DNA from: Octopus sinensis
Lineage: Eukaryota
Length of the DNA: 64,000 bases
Direction: 5' to 3'
Assembly (NCBI RefSeq): GCF_006345805.1
Contig: NC_043001.1
Span: 102,300,001 to 102,364,000, forward strand
Part shown: piece after piece, positions 23,285-36,539 of the stretch
How positions within the stretch are numbered: the stretch's first letter is position 1
Layout of the letters: every line of letters starts with the position of its first letter
The notes under the pieces: model-generated
Told to the model about the DNA's origin: nothing
The model's database searches: none
Seen by the model: only the letters and a program-made list of their open reading frames with translations
Program-made: the position numbers and the translations under genes

Positions 23285-25409
23285 TAATACTTGGTATAAT
23301 AAAAATATCTTTCTCAATGACATGTGATCTTTTTTTCTTTACTGTATTAAGAGAGATGATGTATGATACCTTCAGCTGCCCTTCATAATCATATATATAA
23401 TAGATGTTGTTAAATTTGGTTGTTTTTATTTTTATTTTGTCAGTATACTAACAAAATTTAAGATCTCTCACCCCCCCCACTTTTTTTTTATCTGAATGAA
23501 TCTATCTGAGATGATCCTTAATCTTTGCAAATTTTATGGCATCAATACAGAACAATATTTTTTCTCCATAACAGTGACAATAAAACATTTGTTTTATTGG
23601 CAAATGATAGCATAAATTCAAATTTCAAATATTCTTGCAAATACTGTTGGCACTTATTCATACTGGTATGGGTTATAAATTTTCAAAAAATAAAATAAAG
23701 AGTAAATACAAAATTGTCCAACAACTGAAACCACTCACCTGTAAATAGTCAATAATCATAGACAAGCATTGATTGTCCGCATTAGACAGTCTTCGTGGAA
23801 AGTGAGAGTTTGTTCTTAACTGGCCCACCAGTCAGTGAGCTGGGGTTGCAAACTGACTACATGCCAACATGGTATCTGGTAAGACATTTTGAATTTCTGT
23901 ATTGTATTGCAGATGGAACTTTTTAAATCAAATCTTATTCATATTGAAGAAATAGTTCACGGATCTCTCAGTATCCTTTAATGCTCAAAATTGTTTCAGG
24001 TGTTTATTGACCCCTTGAATAGACTCCCAGGGGTTAATTAATACTGACCACTTTGCCAACCCCTGCAACACGTTCTGCAAGGTAGTTGACATTAAGAAGG
24101 GCATGAGACCATAGAAACGATGAGCAGAATATGACACGGTCCACTGACTAATTGGATCCTATCAAATTGTCCAAACCATATCAGCATGGAAGATGGACAT
24201 TACATGATAAGAATGATGAATTCCCATAAGTTGTTCAATCTCTTCTTGAGGATGGAGGGTAACAAGTGACTCCTTAAATTCACTTGGGACTGAGCAATAT
24301 TCTGTTTTTAGATGCAATCTCCTATGTTTCAGTAACTCAAGAAGAATATTCTCTTCCAGTCCAGAGAATTTTCATGCATTCACATTGTTCATGGCATTTT
24401 CAAACATTCGAAATAGTGACTGCATTTATCCAAAGCAATTCAGGATGATGTGAGAATGTGTATGCGTATTGTCCAATTAGTAGTAAAGATGTATTCTCTA
24501 AAACAGAGCAGTTATCATTAAACAAGGCATAACTAGAAACAAGTTTTTTTTTCTCCCCTTTTTAACAGATGTTTATCCTCTATCAACAGTATGGAAAGCA
24601 GCTAATATGCAATGGGATTTATGTATGTATGTATGTATGTATGTATGTATGTATGAATGTAGATATGTACGCATGTATATATTAGTAAAAAAGAAACAGC
24701 TGTAAATAAAATATGATGATGTAGTCAAAGTGATGAAAGCATAAATCTAAAACTTATCAGATTTACTATTATTCTTTTACCACTCTAACTAACGATATGA
24801 TCACCATCACCAATGTGATGGCCACAACCCAGTTGTCAAAGTTGTAAATCCTTCTAAAGCATACAGAGAAAAGCTGTTAGAGGCAAAGAAAGTGAAGTAG
24901 AAGGTTTCAATAGATTTTTGGCTTTTTTTAAATCATATAAGCATCAGAAATGAATTATTCAACTGTTTCTAAATTCCAGCAGATTAGCATTGATACTAAT
25001 ACTTCCTAAGAAAGCTCTCGTTAGCATTAAAAACCATCTAATGATGCTTTAAGTTAAGAGAAAAGATAGGAAAAGATTAGCAAATAAGATTTTTACATTT
25101 CATTTGCTATTCGACAGAAATTAATGGATCCAGTGAAAGAGTCTTAGAACAGTGTGGATTGTTATGAAAGATAATCCAAGGACAACATGAAGGAAAGGAT
25201 TAAATGCTATCAGATTTATACTTATATGGGATAAAAATCTGATATTCTAGAATTAATAAATCCCTTTTGAGCATAAGCATATAGAAGCTGGACTGAATAG
25301 TTGAGAATTTCATTTGACAATCACTGAATCATGAGTTCAACCTGCTCATACAGCACAATGGCAATTGGATTCCACAAGGGTCCTGGGGCTGACTTAATTC
25401 TTATTAGTG

Positions 25410-25550
25410 AAGGTGTATGGTTCAGTGGTTTGGGTGTTCAGCTCATGATCATAAGGTTGTGAGATCGATTTCCAGCAGTGCATTGTGTCCTTGAGCAAGA
25501 CACTTACTTCCACATTGCACCAGTCCATTAAGCTGGCAAAAGTGAGTTTG
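25410..25550 (+). mobile_element. Decayed tRNA-derived CORE-type SINE 5' part, related to the 17640 element
   Basis: tggttcagtggtttgg...gagatcgatttcc...gtgtccttgagcaagacactt. Confidence 0.6.
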
Positions 25551-25684
25551 TTAAAGATATGAATATCTTCAACATAATCATCAGGTAAACTCATAAATAC
25601 AAGGAGGAAGTTTTGTTGATCAAACAACTACATCAGTGAAACTGATGCAAAATTCATTTTGATGTACATTTATATAAAGGTGAA

Positions 25685-26015
25685 AGCATGGCAATGTAGT
25701 TAAGAAGTTTGCTTTGCAACCATATGGTTCCAGGTTCACTCCCATTGTGCAGCAGCTTGGGGAAGTGTCTTCTACTATAACTCTGGGCTTACCAAAGCCT
25801 TGAGAATGAATTTGGTGGAGGAAACTGTGAGGAAGCCAGTTGTCTGTGTCTTTGTGTATGTTCTACCATTGCTTGACAACCAGTGTTTGTTTAAAAGAGA
25901 CAGACAGTAAGTTTCACACTTGAAAAAGCAAGTCCTGGTGTCAATTTCTTTGACTAAACTCTCCAATACAGTGCCCCAGCATGGGCACAGTACAATGGCT
26001 AGGACAAGTAAAAGA
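25685..26015 (+). mobile_element. Family A composite SINE
   Basis: Head and tail modules are recognisable. Confidence 0.75.
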
Positions 26016-26869
26016 TGAAAGACACATGTTTGCCTACATACAGTTTCAACATACCTCTGATACAGTTTTGTGATTAAATACAAACACACAAAGATTGTAT
26101 TATTTCAAAAAGGTATGGTTTATTTTTGTTGCTCTTGTGGAAATGAAACAATTTCTAATTAGGCTACACAAGAAATAGTATGGGACCAGCAGTAACTTCA
26201 AAGACCCTAGAGGGATAGAGGGCAAATTTGACACCAACAAAATCTGAATTTGTGACATAAACGCATGCAATACTGCAAAGCAATTATTTTTAGGTTTGAG
26301 TCTTTTTTTATTAGTCAACAACAAAACAAAAGGTCATAACGATTGCTATAAATTATTGTTATATTTATCATTGATACGTTTTATATTAGATTTATATTGC
26401 TTTTGTTTTTCACTAAAATCACATGAGTAGCATTAAACAGCTCTCAGTAGAATATACAGCCTATGTGATAAATGTTTATTACTGACACGGAATTTGTTAG
26501 ATTGTTCTCAAAATACTCTTCTCATTTTATTGACATACAAGCTGAAAGATTTGTCTCTTTTCAATTCACAATGGGCAGAGTACACCACTGTCTAACTAAG
26601 GAAGCTCTCTAAATAACACTACTTATAAAAATCATTTCATCTGTTACAGACTTCATACAACACAACCATGACAAAACTGTCCATAAACACTCCCTCTCTA
26701 CTCCAGCTGTCACACTGTGATGGACACATACTTAGCCACTACAGACAAAAACTTGTGCCATCATTTTAATATAATTAGGTTATTGGCCTTGATGTTGACC
26801 CCCACCATTACCCTCAAAACAGTTTAAAAGGACTGGTCTCATTTCAGGTTTTGGTGTTTAAAATAAGGA

Positions 26870-27315
26870 TCATCATCATGGTTTAACATCTGATTTCCGT
26901 GCTGGCATGGGTTGGATGGTTTGACTGTTGACTGGTGAGCCAGAGGCTGCACCAGGCTCCAATCTGATCTGGCAAAGTTTCTACAGCTGGATGCCCTTCC
27001 TAATGCCAACCACTCTGAGAGTGTAGTGGGTGCTTTTACGTGTCACCGGCATAAGGACCAGTCAGGCGGTACTGGCAATGACCACACTCAAAAGGTGTTT
27101 TTACATGCTACATGCATGGGAGCCAGTCCAGTGGCACTGGCAACAACCATGCTCGAATGTTGTTTTTCACGTGCCATCAGCACATGTGTCAGTAAGGCGA
27201 TGCTGGCAACAATCATGCTCGAATGATGCTTTTCATGTGTTAACGGCATGGGAGCCAATCCATGGCCCTGGCAACGACCACGCTTGGATGTGAATTTAAT
27301 GTTCCACTAGCATGA
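26870..27315 (-). mobile_element. RTE-tail element with internal tandem array
   Basis: Reverse complement of the 15770 element type. Confidence 0.8.
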
Positions 27316-27449
27316 GTGCCAATAGAACAGATTTTTATTATAGAAGGAAGAAAACATCTGAAATACTAAAAGAGAATGAAATAGTTTCTTGTTATGTTTA
27401 ATAATGTACAGTTACCAATAAAATACTGGTGGATGGCATTAATTAATTC

Positions 27450-28200
27450 TTTCCCACTAAAACTGATAGCTTTGTACCCATATTAGAAACACTAATGAGG
27501 TGAGGGTATACTGTCTGGTTTCACTGATATGTATTTCCAGCTCTGGAAAATTGTAGCTTTCTAAAACTTCTGAATTATAATCAACCTGCACATTCTCTTG
27601 GAATTCTTTCTGTAAAACTGAGGGAGATCATTGTAGAGTTTTCATGAACCAGTGTTAATAACACTGATCTAACTTCCAGGTGTTTTATAAAGGACTCATT
27701 TCCTCCATCTTTAATATTTTTGGTGCCAGATTCCATACTTCATGGAATAGGAGAGCAGATTTTAAAAAAAAATTTTTTTTCTCTCCAGAAGGAATTTTGT
27801 TATAAAATTTGTAATCTACCCTTTTAACACTCTTACTTATTCATACATTTTGTAGAATAACAGTCAAAGGATGCTTTCTGAATTTTCTGCTCACCACTTC
27901 TTTGGACTTTATAGCATTTTAAAAGTGTTCATCAAACCATGGATAGCATTTCCATTTTGGAACTGTGGAGATTGTCTCACATATTTGCAGGAGACATTTT
28001 GCAAATATTAAGATTGGATCAGTTTCATAAACAGAATCAATATTGTTTAGTTTTTCATATAATAGGATTGGAAACGGCTTCAATCTGTCTTGTCAAGTTT
28101 AAGAATCTTTCATTCCTTCAGGCTTCATAGTTTTGTAATATTATAGGGAAGAAACTGTTTGTATAAGATCATTGCAAGTATTAACACTATTTCCTGCGTG
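27450..28200 (-). mobile_element. Highly decayed LINE fragment (I/Nimb-like linker region)
   Basis: Minus strand has CYPWFDE..KNAIKSK...RKFRKHP-like traces. Confidence 0.35.
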
Positions 28201-29581
28201 AAAGTATGTGAAATAGTTCTCATTAAATATGCATAAATCATTATTGAATGGAATCTTCCAGCTGTTTACCTTTATGGCTGGAGCAGTTGGTGATCCTTAA
28301 AGTCTGCTGTGATTAAGTAGGGTTTAGAGAGTTGAGCTATTAAGCTATTATGCACTATCAATATCTACATTACATGGAAGGCATATTATTATTTTATAAA
28401 GAAAATGGTAACAGTGACACATATTTTTAAGTGGTTGTATAACTCTCAACACAACTGAATATTTTATGAGTCTGGAAGAACCTCTAATACTCCTTTCATT
28501 AGGGCTAAGTAGGCAGGGTTCACTGAGGTTATCAAAACTTTAAAAATATCATTCTTTGAGATAAACTAGATTGTGCTAAGAAAGTTGCCTCCCAACCACA
28601 TGGTTCAGGGTTGTCTCACTGTGTGGCAGCTTGGGCATGTGTCTTCTACTATAGCCTCAGGCCAACCAAAGCCTTGTGAATGGATTTGACAGATGGAAAC
28701 TGAAAGCAGCCTGTCATGTATATAAATATATATTTTAAATATTGTTTTGCTAAATTACCTATTAAAGGATGGCAAATAATATTGTTTGCTTAAGAAATTT
28801 CAAAACCATGGTTTAACCGATAATAAATAACAAGGTAAAAGTTTTTATTTTTCAATCCCTTCGAAAATTGCTTTTAAATTGTGGTTTTGGCCATATTGGC
28901 TGCTATTTCTAGCATGTAAAATTTACCTATTAAAAGGTAGTTTTCTCTTGTGTTTAAATGTACACTTTTTTAAAAATATGAATATGTTGTCTATTGACTA
29001 TTTATACATGTTAGACCACTGGTAGTGATATTTATAACGAATATTCGCTACCCTGTATATGTATTATATGTATGTATGTATGTATGTGTTACCCCCCCCC
29101 CCCACATACTGCTTGACAACCAGTGTTGGTTTGTTTATATCCCTGTAACTTAGTAGTGTGGCAAAAATAGACCAATGGAATAAGTACCAAACATTACAAA
29201 AGTAAAAAAAAAAAAAGTAGTCAATTTGTCCGATTGAGCCCTTCAAGGTGGTGCCCCAGCATGGCCATAGTCCAATGACTGAAACACGAGAAAGATAATA
29301 GACAAACTAAACAAGGAAATAGAGAAGTGGAAGGCGCTTTCCAAGTGATTCTTGAATCATTCTACCCTCTAAACTATAAATCAAAGAATCTCAATAATTT
29401 CCAGGACTTGGAAGAAATCAAACATTTGGTACAAACTTAGATATGTTTTTTATTTTAAAACTCAGACATTGTGTTTTAATTTGTTTAGAACTTGATTATG
29501 CTCATGTTTTTTAACCCATTACTGTTATTCCGATTACTTTATCAAATGAAATGCTTGTTTATTCACACTGTTTTCAATTAA

Positions 29582-29801
29582 CCCTTTTGTTACCAACCCA
29601 GCTGAAACTGGCTCTGGCTATGAGTACAAATGTCTTGTTTATATAAGTTCTGAATTAAAATCTTCCACCAAAAGTTAGTCACAATTCATGTTCCTATCAC
29701 TAGCTGAATGATAACTAAGTTATTTAACTAAATTCTTTGTTATATTTAAAGTAATTGAAAGAAACAGAGAGCATCTCAAAAGAAATACAGTAACGAAAGG
29801 G
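29582..29801. mobile_element. piggyBac-type MITE (~220 bp)
   Basis: ttaa|cccttttgttacc ... gtaacgaaaggg|ttac; the TIR is shared with the 43027 element. Confidence 0.75.
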
Positions 29802-30419
29802 TTACTCAGGCACTATATTGTAGCTTTGAAATTTCAATGATGTGATTCCCTTACTTTTATAATGGCATGGTAGTATAGGCATGAGAAGTTGGATCTAGCC
29901 AGTATGAACATAAAACAGGTAAAATATTTTGGCTGGATGTGATTGGTTTAAATATTAAAGGGTTAAATTTCATTTCAAGAATAGGGAATCTACAAGGGTG
30001 ACTGACCAGGGGTGGAGAGGTGGATGCATAGGTGGATACTTCTGTCCTCTGATAATTATTTTACCTCCAATTGTTGAAGACAATGCCTTGGTAAACCTGG
30101 AAAGGGTAAAAACTTTTCTGCTCATTGCTCGAGTATAAGTTTTGAGAGAAGTCTTTAGTCTGAAAGATTTTATGACAATTCCATTTGATACTTGGAAAAA
30201 AAATATTCTGCATGTTTTAACTGTTTTACATTTAATCTTAAAATACTCTCATAGCAGCCAAATGACCCATCACCACCCACCCGACCATCTTAGAAATGGA
30301 GGGATTCATTGAATAAGACAGTCATAGATACATTATGTGATTAACAGACATGCAGTAGCTGTGGCTTGAATGCCAGTGGAATTACAGAAAATTATTAGAG
30401 AAACACAGAGATCCTCCTC

Positions 30420-30700
30420 CTCCTCCTCATCATCATCATTTAACGTCCGTGTTCCATGCTAGCAAGAGTGGAACAGTACCACAAGAGCCAGCTAGGCCAA
30501 AACCTGCACCAGACTTCTGCGGCTGCTTTGACAAAGTTTTTTACAGCTGGATGCCCTTCCTAACACCAACCACTCAGCTGAGTGGACTTCATGCTTTTTA
30601 CATGGCACAAGCACAGGCGAGGTCAGTTTTGGCAAGGTTTTTACAGCTGGATGCCCTTCCAAATGCCAACCACTTCACAGTGTGGACTGGATGCTTTTAA
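30420..30700 (-). mobile_element. RTE-tail element, subfamily with duplicated tail unit
   Basis: Two copies of ttttacagctggatgcccttcc; a close reverse-complement relative of 45785-46045. Confidence 0.75.
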
Positions 30701-30864
30701 GTGGCGCCTGCACTTGCAAAACAAAACTTTTAAGAGGGGAGGAAGCATTGGAGGAGGTGATGATGAAAAGGTTATATTGAGACAGATACAGGTGTAAAAA
30801 CATTTTCACCTGAATACAAGAGATCAGTTTCTATAGACTTGAGCTCAATATAATAGCTTTCGTC

Positions 30865-31420
30865 TATTGTTTCAGTTATTAGACTGTGGCCATTTTTTTC
30901 AGTCAAATGAGTCAACCCCAGTACTTATTGTTGTTTTTTTTTTTTAATCCTGGTACTTATTCTATTGGTCTGTTTAACCAAACAGCTAAGTTACCGGGAA
31001 TGTAAACACACCAACACAGGTTGTCAAAGTGGTAGCGGAAGACAGACACAAGACTTCTTTTCAGTTTCCTATTTTTTTGTTTCCCACAAGGGGCTAAACA
31101 TAGAGGGGACAAACAAGGACAGACAAAGGGAGTAAGTCGATTACATTGACCCCAGTGCGTAACTGGTACTTAATTTATCAACCCCGAAAGGATGACAGGC
31201 AAAGTCGACCTCGGCGGAATTTAAACTCAGAACATAATGGCAGACGAAATACGGCTACGCATTTCGCCTGGCGCGCTAACGTTTCTGCCGCTCGCTGCCT
31301 TAACTTCTTTTCAGTTTCCATCAACCAAATCCACTTATAAAGTTTTGGGTCAGCACCAGGATGTAATAGAAGACACTTGCCCACATGAGTTTGGGAACCC
31401 AGCTTCTTACAACACAGTCA
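30865..31420 (-). mobile_element. Family A composite SINE interrupted by a family B SINE
   Basis: 3' module 30865-31069 and 5' module 31303-31420. Confidence 0.75.
31070..31302 (-). mobile_element. Family B SINE nested in family A SINE, perfect 17-bp TSD
   Basis: acttcttttcagtttcc at 31053-31069 and 31303-31319; CpG-rich and looks young. Confidence 0.9.
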
Positions 31421-31979
31421 CTCCTGAGCCTAATTTTATTTCATGGAACATGGAGAGGGGGAAACTTAACTGCGATTTGAACACAGAAGATTTAGCCTCA
31501 CTCAATAACCATTTAAGCATCTAAACTAGCTTTATTTTCAAAGCAACACCATCACCACCACAAACCATCATCATTAACATAATCTCAGTATGGCAGACAC
31601 AGGAGAAATCAATGCATTTCTATCTTAAGTATCACATCAGTGAAACCTAGCTTTCTGTAGTCCACCTTAAATCAAACACTTTTGTTTTAACACACACAGA
31701 TGCACACTGCTTCTGTGGTCTGTCATAGCCTGGAAGTTTATACGTTATTAATTGGTGTCTTCAGAAGTAATTGTTTGAAGTAGAGGAAAAGATTTTATCA
31801 AAACGCGGTACCTTCTGGTGAATATAAGAGACATTAGGGGCGAGCTTCATATAGATGTGATGTCAGAACCTCTGTGATAGAGTTTGGGGAATAAAATTTG
31901 CTTTTTTAAAACTATTTGCTTATTGGAAGAAGTTGTACTGAAAGGCGGATCGTGAGAAAAATATAGAGATTTTAGGAAT

Positions 31980-32018
<39 letters not shown>

Positions 32019-32599
32019 AAGAGAGAGAGAGGGATGGATGGACACAGAGAGGGAGAGAGAGAATATGTTTGACCTCACTGTAAAATTGATTGCTAACATA
32101 ACTCGGGTAATACACACAGTGTCATGAAATGCAAAATAAGATCTGTGAATTGTATTTACTAAAGCTAGGAGGAGCTGTAGCCATGAACTTTGCCGACCTT
32201 CCAAAACTGATGAGGTGAAGACAGTTGGTGTTTCGTTTGAAATTCTTCATTTTGAATGAGTGTCAGAAGGGTGTGCGGTCCTGGGAATATAAGACTGGAT
32301 GAAGTATTTAAGGTAGGGCTTTGGAGACCTAGATAAAATCAAAATGATTTACCAGAGAGGGTGGAGGTAAACTGGATGAAGTTGACTGAGGAATAGTACA
32401 ACAGGAGCTGTTGAAGTAAGGAAAGAAAAAAAAAGCAATATGCAAGTGATTGTTGGGTGTTCATGAGTGAAAGCCTATCAATTACTGGCACAGTTTTGTT
32501 TTGGAAGAAGTCTACAAAGTTTGGTGAAAAGCAGCCACTCCATACTAGATGTGTCAATGTTGCACTTAAGAAAGGTTATGCATTCAATTTGATGGGATT

Positions 32600-33132
32600 A
32601 GAAGGGTGGTGTCTTTTACAAGCTTCTTTCTACCAACAGGACCATCAATTCGAATGTGCTTTGTGATCAGCTGGACAAATTAAAAGCAGTGATCCACCAG
32701 AAATGTCCAACACTTGCTAATCATAAGGGTATTGTCTTTCATCATGACAATACCAGACTGCACACTTCTTTGTGGACACAACAGAAATTACTGGGTCTTG
32801 GCTGGGAACTTTAGTGTCACACAATCTATATTCGCCAGCTTTGCATCTTTAGATTCCCACCTGCTTTGATCTCTTCATAATTCATTGAATGGACAGACCT
32901 TCAGCTCTGAAGATGATTTAAAAATTCATCTGAAAGTGTTTTTTACCAGTAAAGACAAGAAATTCTTTGAGCAAGGAATGATGGATCTGTCTCCATGATG
33001 GCAGAAGATACTGGAACAAAACAGTAATTATATCATTGACTGAATAAACCACTTCATATTTCAAATGGCTCTTATTTTCACATAGCCCCCACCCCACCCC
33101 ACCCCAGAATTAACTTTTTGGTCAATGCAATA
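32600..33132 (+). pseudogene. mariner transposase C-terminal relic with right TIR
   Basis: Decodes to TINSNVLCDQLDKLKAVIHQKCPTLANHKGIVFHHDNTRLHTS...YSPALA...SLHNSLNGQTF...WQKILEQNSNYIID*; terminal aactttttggtcaatgcaata|ta. Confidence 0.85.
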
Positions 33133-33370
33133 TATATTAAGCCACTATGAGCAATTGCAAAAGTTTGTAGGTGAGTTTAGTTGGAATGAGGAGCAAAGGA
33201 ATCTAATGTTTCAGATATTTGTCCTTTGGGGAAGAGATAAAAATAAAACGTTTTGCTTTCCCTCTTTATTAATGAGAAGACAATTAATTTGGCGTTTATA
33301 TAATTTTTCTTTCTTCACCATCATGTTAAACAAATTTACAGTGATTTTAATTATAGTGATTTGAAATTTT

Positions 33371-33590
33371 GGCACAAGGCCAGAAATTTGGGGACGGGGC
33401 AAGCCAATTACATTGACCCAATGTTCAGCTAGTACTTATTTTATCAACCCCAAAGGATGAAAGGCAAAGCCAGTCTCGACAGAATTTCAACTCAAAACAG
33501 ACAAATGATGATGATGATGAATATCAAGACAGATGAAACGCCACTAAGCATTTCTCGCATCATGCTAACGATGCTGCCAGCTCACCACCT
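33371..33590 (-). mobile_element. Family B SINE
   Basis: ggcacaaggccagaaattt...gatgaaaggcaaagc...ctgccagctcaccacc. Confidence 0.75.
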
Positions 33591-34521
33591 GCGTGGTTTT
33601 AATTATACTAAACGCACATAGCACTTTGTCTGCCCCTTTCAATTCTCAAAGGCTCACCTCAAGGGAAATACTGACCTAAGTTCATAGTTTTCTTGATGTG
33701 CATAGTAAATGATTGGGGATTGCATTTCAAGTAGAATACAAACTTGTTTTGATTCCACTGTCAGGTAAAATCTAAACTTGTAACTGAGAGAAAGAAGCAG
33801 GTAACGATGATGGTGAATACAAGAAATAAAAGTAGTTTTATGTTCTATCTCTAATGTGAACAAATTGAAAGTGTTATTGAACAGCTCCACACAGAGTAGC
33901 CCAATTAGGTATTTACTGATGATCTGAGTAAAAGAGAGAAACAAAAAAAAAAAAACATAGATACAGCTTAAATTGTTCAGTCTGTATTTAAGATATCATT
34001 ATTCTATCTATAGTGAAGTAATTGATCTATGAAACACATTGTTCAATATACAGAATGGCAACAGTATGTGGTCCCAAAATCTAAACTCTTTTGGCTCTAG
34101 CACAATATTGTAATTGGTAAAAGCGTCAGAAAAATTTATATACTTAATGCAGTGTTTTATTATGTCAGTGGGAACCAAAAATTCCACTTTACCTCAAATA
34201 ATACAATAAAATTAAAACATCTCTTAAGCAAATAAAGGATAATGTTTTATTCCAAGTAACAACAGAGTCACTGAAGTTATGATTCATTGCTTATGAGATA
34301 AGTAGTATTGTTGCTATTGTTTAATCTCAGGACTGACCAAAAAATGTTCCAGCCATGATCACTCCATTATTTTTCCTTTTTCTTTCAGGTATAGTTTATC
34401 TACAACCACATTATCTAATGTAACCTGTGAAATATTTGGCTGATATTTTAGTAGGTACGAGCAACTAGATACGGGTTCTTTTATTGGGTTGTGAGAGTGA
34501 TTGTGAAGATAGTAGTGATTT

Positions 34522-34757
34522 AAGGCGGTGAGCTGGCAGAAACGTCAGCACGCCGGGTGAAATGCTTAGTGGTATTTTGTCTGCTGCTACGTTCTGAGTT
34601 CAAATTCCGCCGAGGTTGACTTTGCCTTTCATCCTTTCGGGGTTGATTAAATAAATACCAGTTACGTACTGGGGTTGATGTAATCGACTTAATCCATTTG
34701 TCTGTCCTTGTTTGTCCTCTCTGTGTTTAGCCCCTTGTGGGTAGTAAAGAAATAGGT
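34522..34757 (+). mobile_element. Family B SINE, full length
   Basis: aaggcggtgagctggcagaaacgtcagcacgccgggtgaaatgc...ccccttgtgggtagtaaagaaataggt. Confidence 0.85.
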
Positions 34758-34999
34758 AGTGATGCTGATGATAGAAGCAGCACCTATGAACAGTTGATAA
34801 TCATAATAGCAGTAGTATAAGTGGTGGTGGGAAAGGTGATGCTGTACATCTATGACCAAAGATGTGTAGTGATGATTCGAAACCAAACAGCTGGTAACTA
34901 GCCATGTATCATGATTGAAACACGGTAGTTGCATTTAATGGGTCTCTTAAGCAATGAATCAGTGACAAAAGCCATCGTGTGATTCAATCTTCAAGAAGC

Positions 35000-35350
35000 T
35001 TCTCTTTGAAATCAACATAAAGGCCACTTTTGGCAGTAATTAATTACAGAATGTTGAGGCATTTATGTGTTGTGACTCCATTCTTGCCACAACTAGATGG
35101 TTAAAACAGACAGCAGATGGTCAACAGGAATCTCTGTCACAATTGCTTCCAGTTTTGATGGGCCACCCACAGGTTGCTGATTGATAAGCCTGCCATAAAC
35201 TCCAAGCAGTGTGTCTCTTGTAATATGTAATCATTGCTGTTTATTATTTGTAAAAGACCTACACAGTTAAACTGCATGTTGTGCAATACTGAAATCTGTT
35301 GAATGCTTGAGGGTGTTGTTCAGCTGCTTCTTCATGTAGCCAGAGAAATC
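35000..35350 (-). pseudogene. Possible mariner N-terminal (HTH) relic
   Basis: Faint DQP.GGPS (cf. DxPRSGRP) and EAIV.E.P..T trace on the minus strand. Confidence 0.3.
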
Positions 35351-35454
35351 CATTTCCAGTCAGCCACTCAACTAGTCAACCAAACTCAGACCAGTCAACC
35401 AAACTCACTTGCAACAGATGTTCCAGTTATACTTCATAGGAATATTAGTCTGTT

Positions 35455-35912
35455 AAAAGCACCCACTACACTCTCGGAGTGATTGGTGTTAGGAAGGGCA
35501 TTCAGCTGTAGAAACTCTGCCAGATCAGATTGGAGCCTGGTGCAGCCATCTGGTTCGCCAGTCCTCAGTCAAACCGTCCAACCCATGCCAGCATGGAAAA
35601 CAGACGTTAAACGATGATGATGATGATGATGGCTATCCAGGCTACACCCCCATCTACACTATGACTGTAGCTCCTGCAATTAGTGTCCTGCATCTGTGCT
35701 GGTGCCACATGTATAATATCTGTATCAATACCAAGTAAAAAGGACCCAGTGCCACTCCGTAAAGTGGTTGGCATTAGGAAGGGCATCATCCAGCCATGGA
35801 AACAATGTCATAACAGACAATGGAGCTTGGTGCAGCTATCTGGCTTGTCAGCACTCGTCAAACCATCCAACCCATGCCAGCATGGACAATGGAGAGTAAA
35901 TGATGATGATGA
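35455..35912 (+). mobile_element. Two consecutive RTE-tail repeats
   Basis: Tails ending (GAT)n at ~35630 and ~35912. Confidence 0.75.
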
Positions 35913-36539
35913 TATTTGTGGTCTGAATAAAAAGCTGAGTTTCCTGCAGACTGTTCTTACTGGTAACACCATTCATTGCTATTTGATAGATTTGTTTTAG
36001 TGAACATTCTCATCTCAATGCATCGGTAAGTGATAGAGCTTCAACTGGTACAACATATTGATTATTATAGTTTTTTCCAGTTCATTGATTTAAAAAAAAA
36101 GAAATACTTCGTTTTATGTTGTTTTTTTTCTTTTTAAAGTTCATTGAATTTAATATTTAATAACTTTTTCTAAAGCTGATATATCAGTGAACTGAAAAAC
36201 TCAAACAGATTACTAATATACATGGTATAGCATTGGCCAGTTTTATTTTGTTATAAAGGTTCTTGACCAACAGCATCTCAGTGCACGCTTCTGGTCGGAG
36301 ATACAGCTTACGTAATGTTTCCAGATTCTGATTGGATTAAATGTAGGCCTATACTGCAGTTGAACAACGGAAGGAGACTGAACACCATAAAGGGAAATAT
36401 AAGAAACAAGGAATAACATTTCATGGCATTCAGAACACTTCTTTAAAACACTCCATGAACAAGAGAACTAGATTACAATAAAATAAAGAACAATACAAAT
36501 AAAACCTGTACACACAAGGAGAAATATTTTAATGTTCAA

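Noticed and set aside
23815-23850. Minus-strand cca gct cact gac tgg tgg gcc, resembling Greatwall PAVDWWA
   Set aside because: It needs a frameshift, is followed at once by a stop (AGT TAA), shows no further similarity (no LGVCLFEF) and has no fitting splice sites; judged chance.
30063-30160. Possible minus-strand exon ending GAG|gtaaaa
   Set aside because: Weak acceptor, and the peptides in the open frames resemble nothing recognisable.
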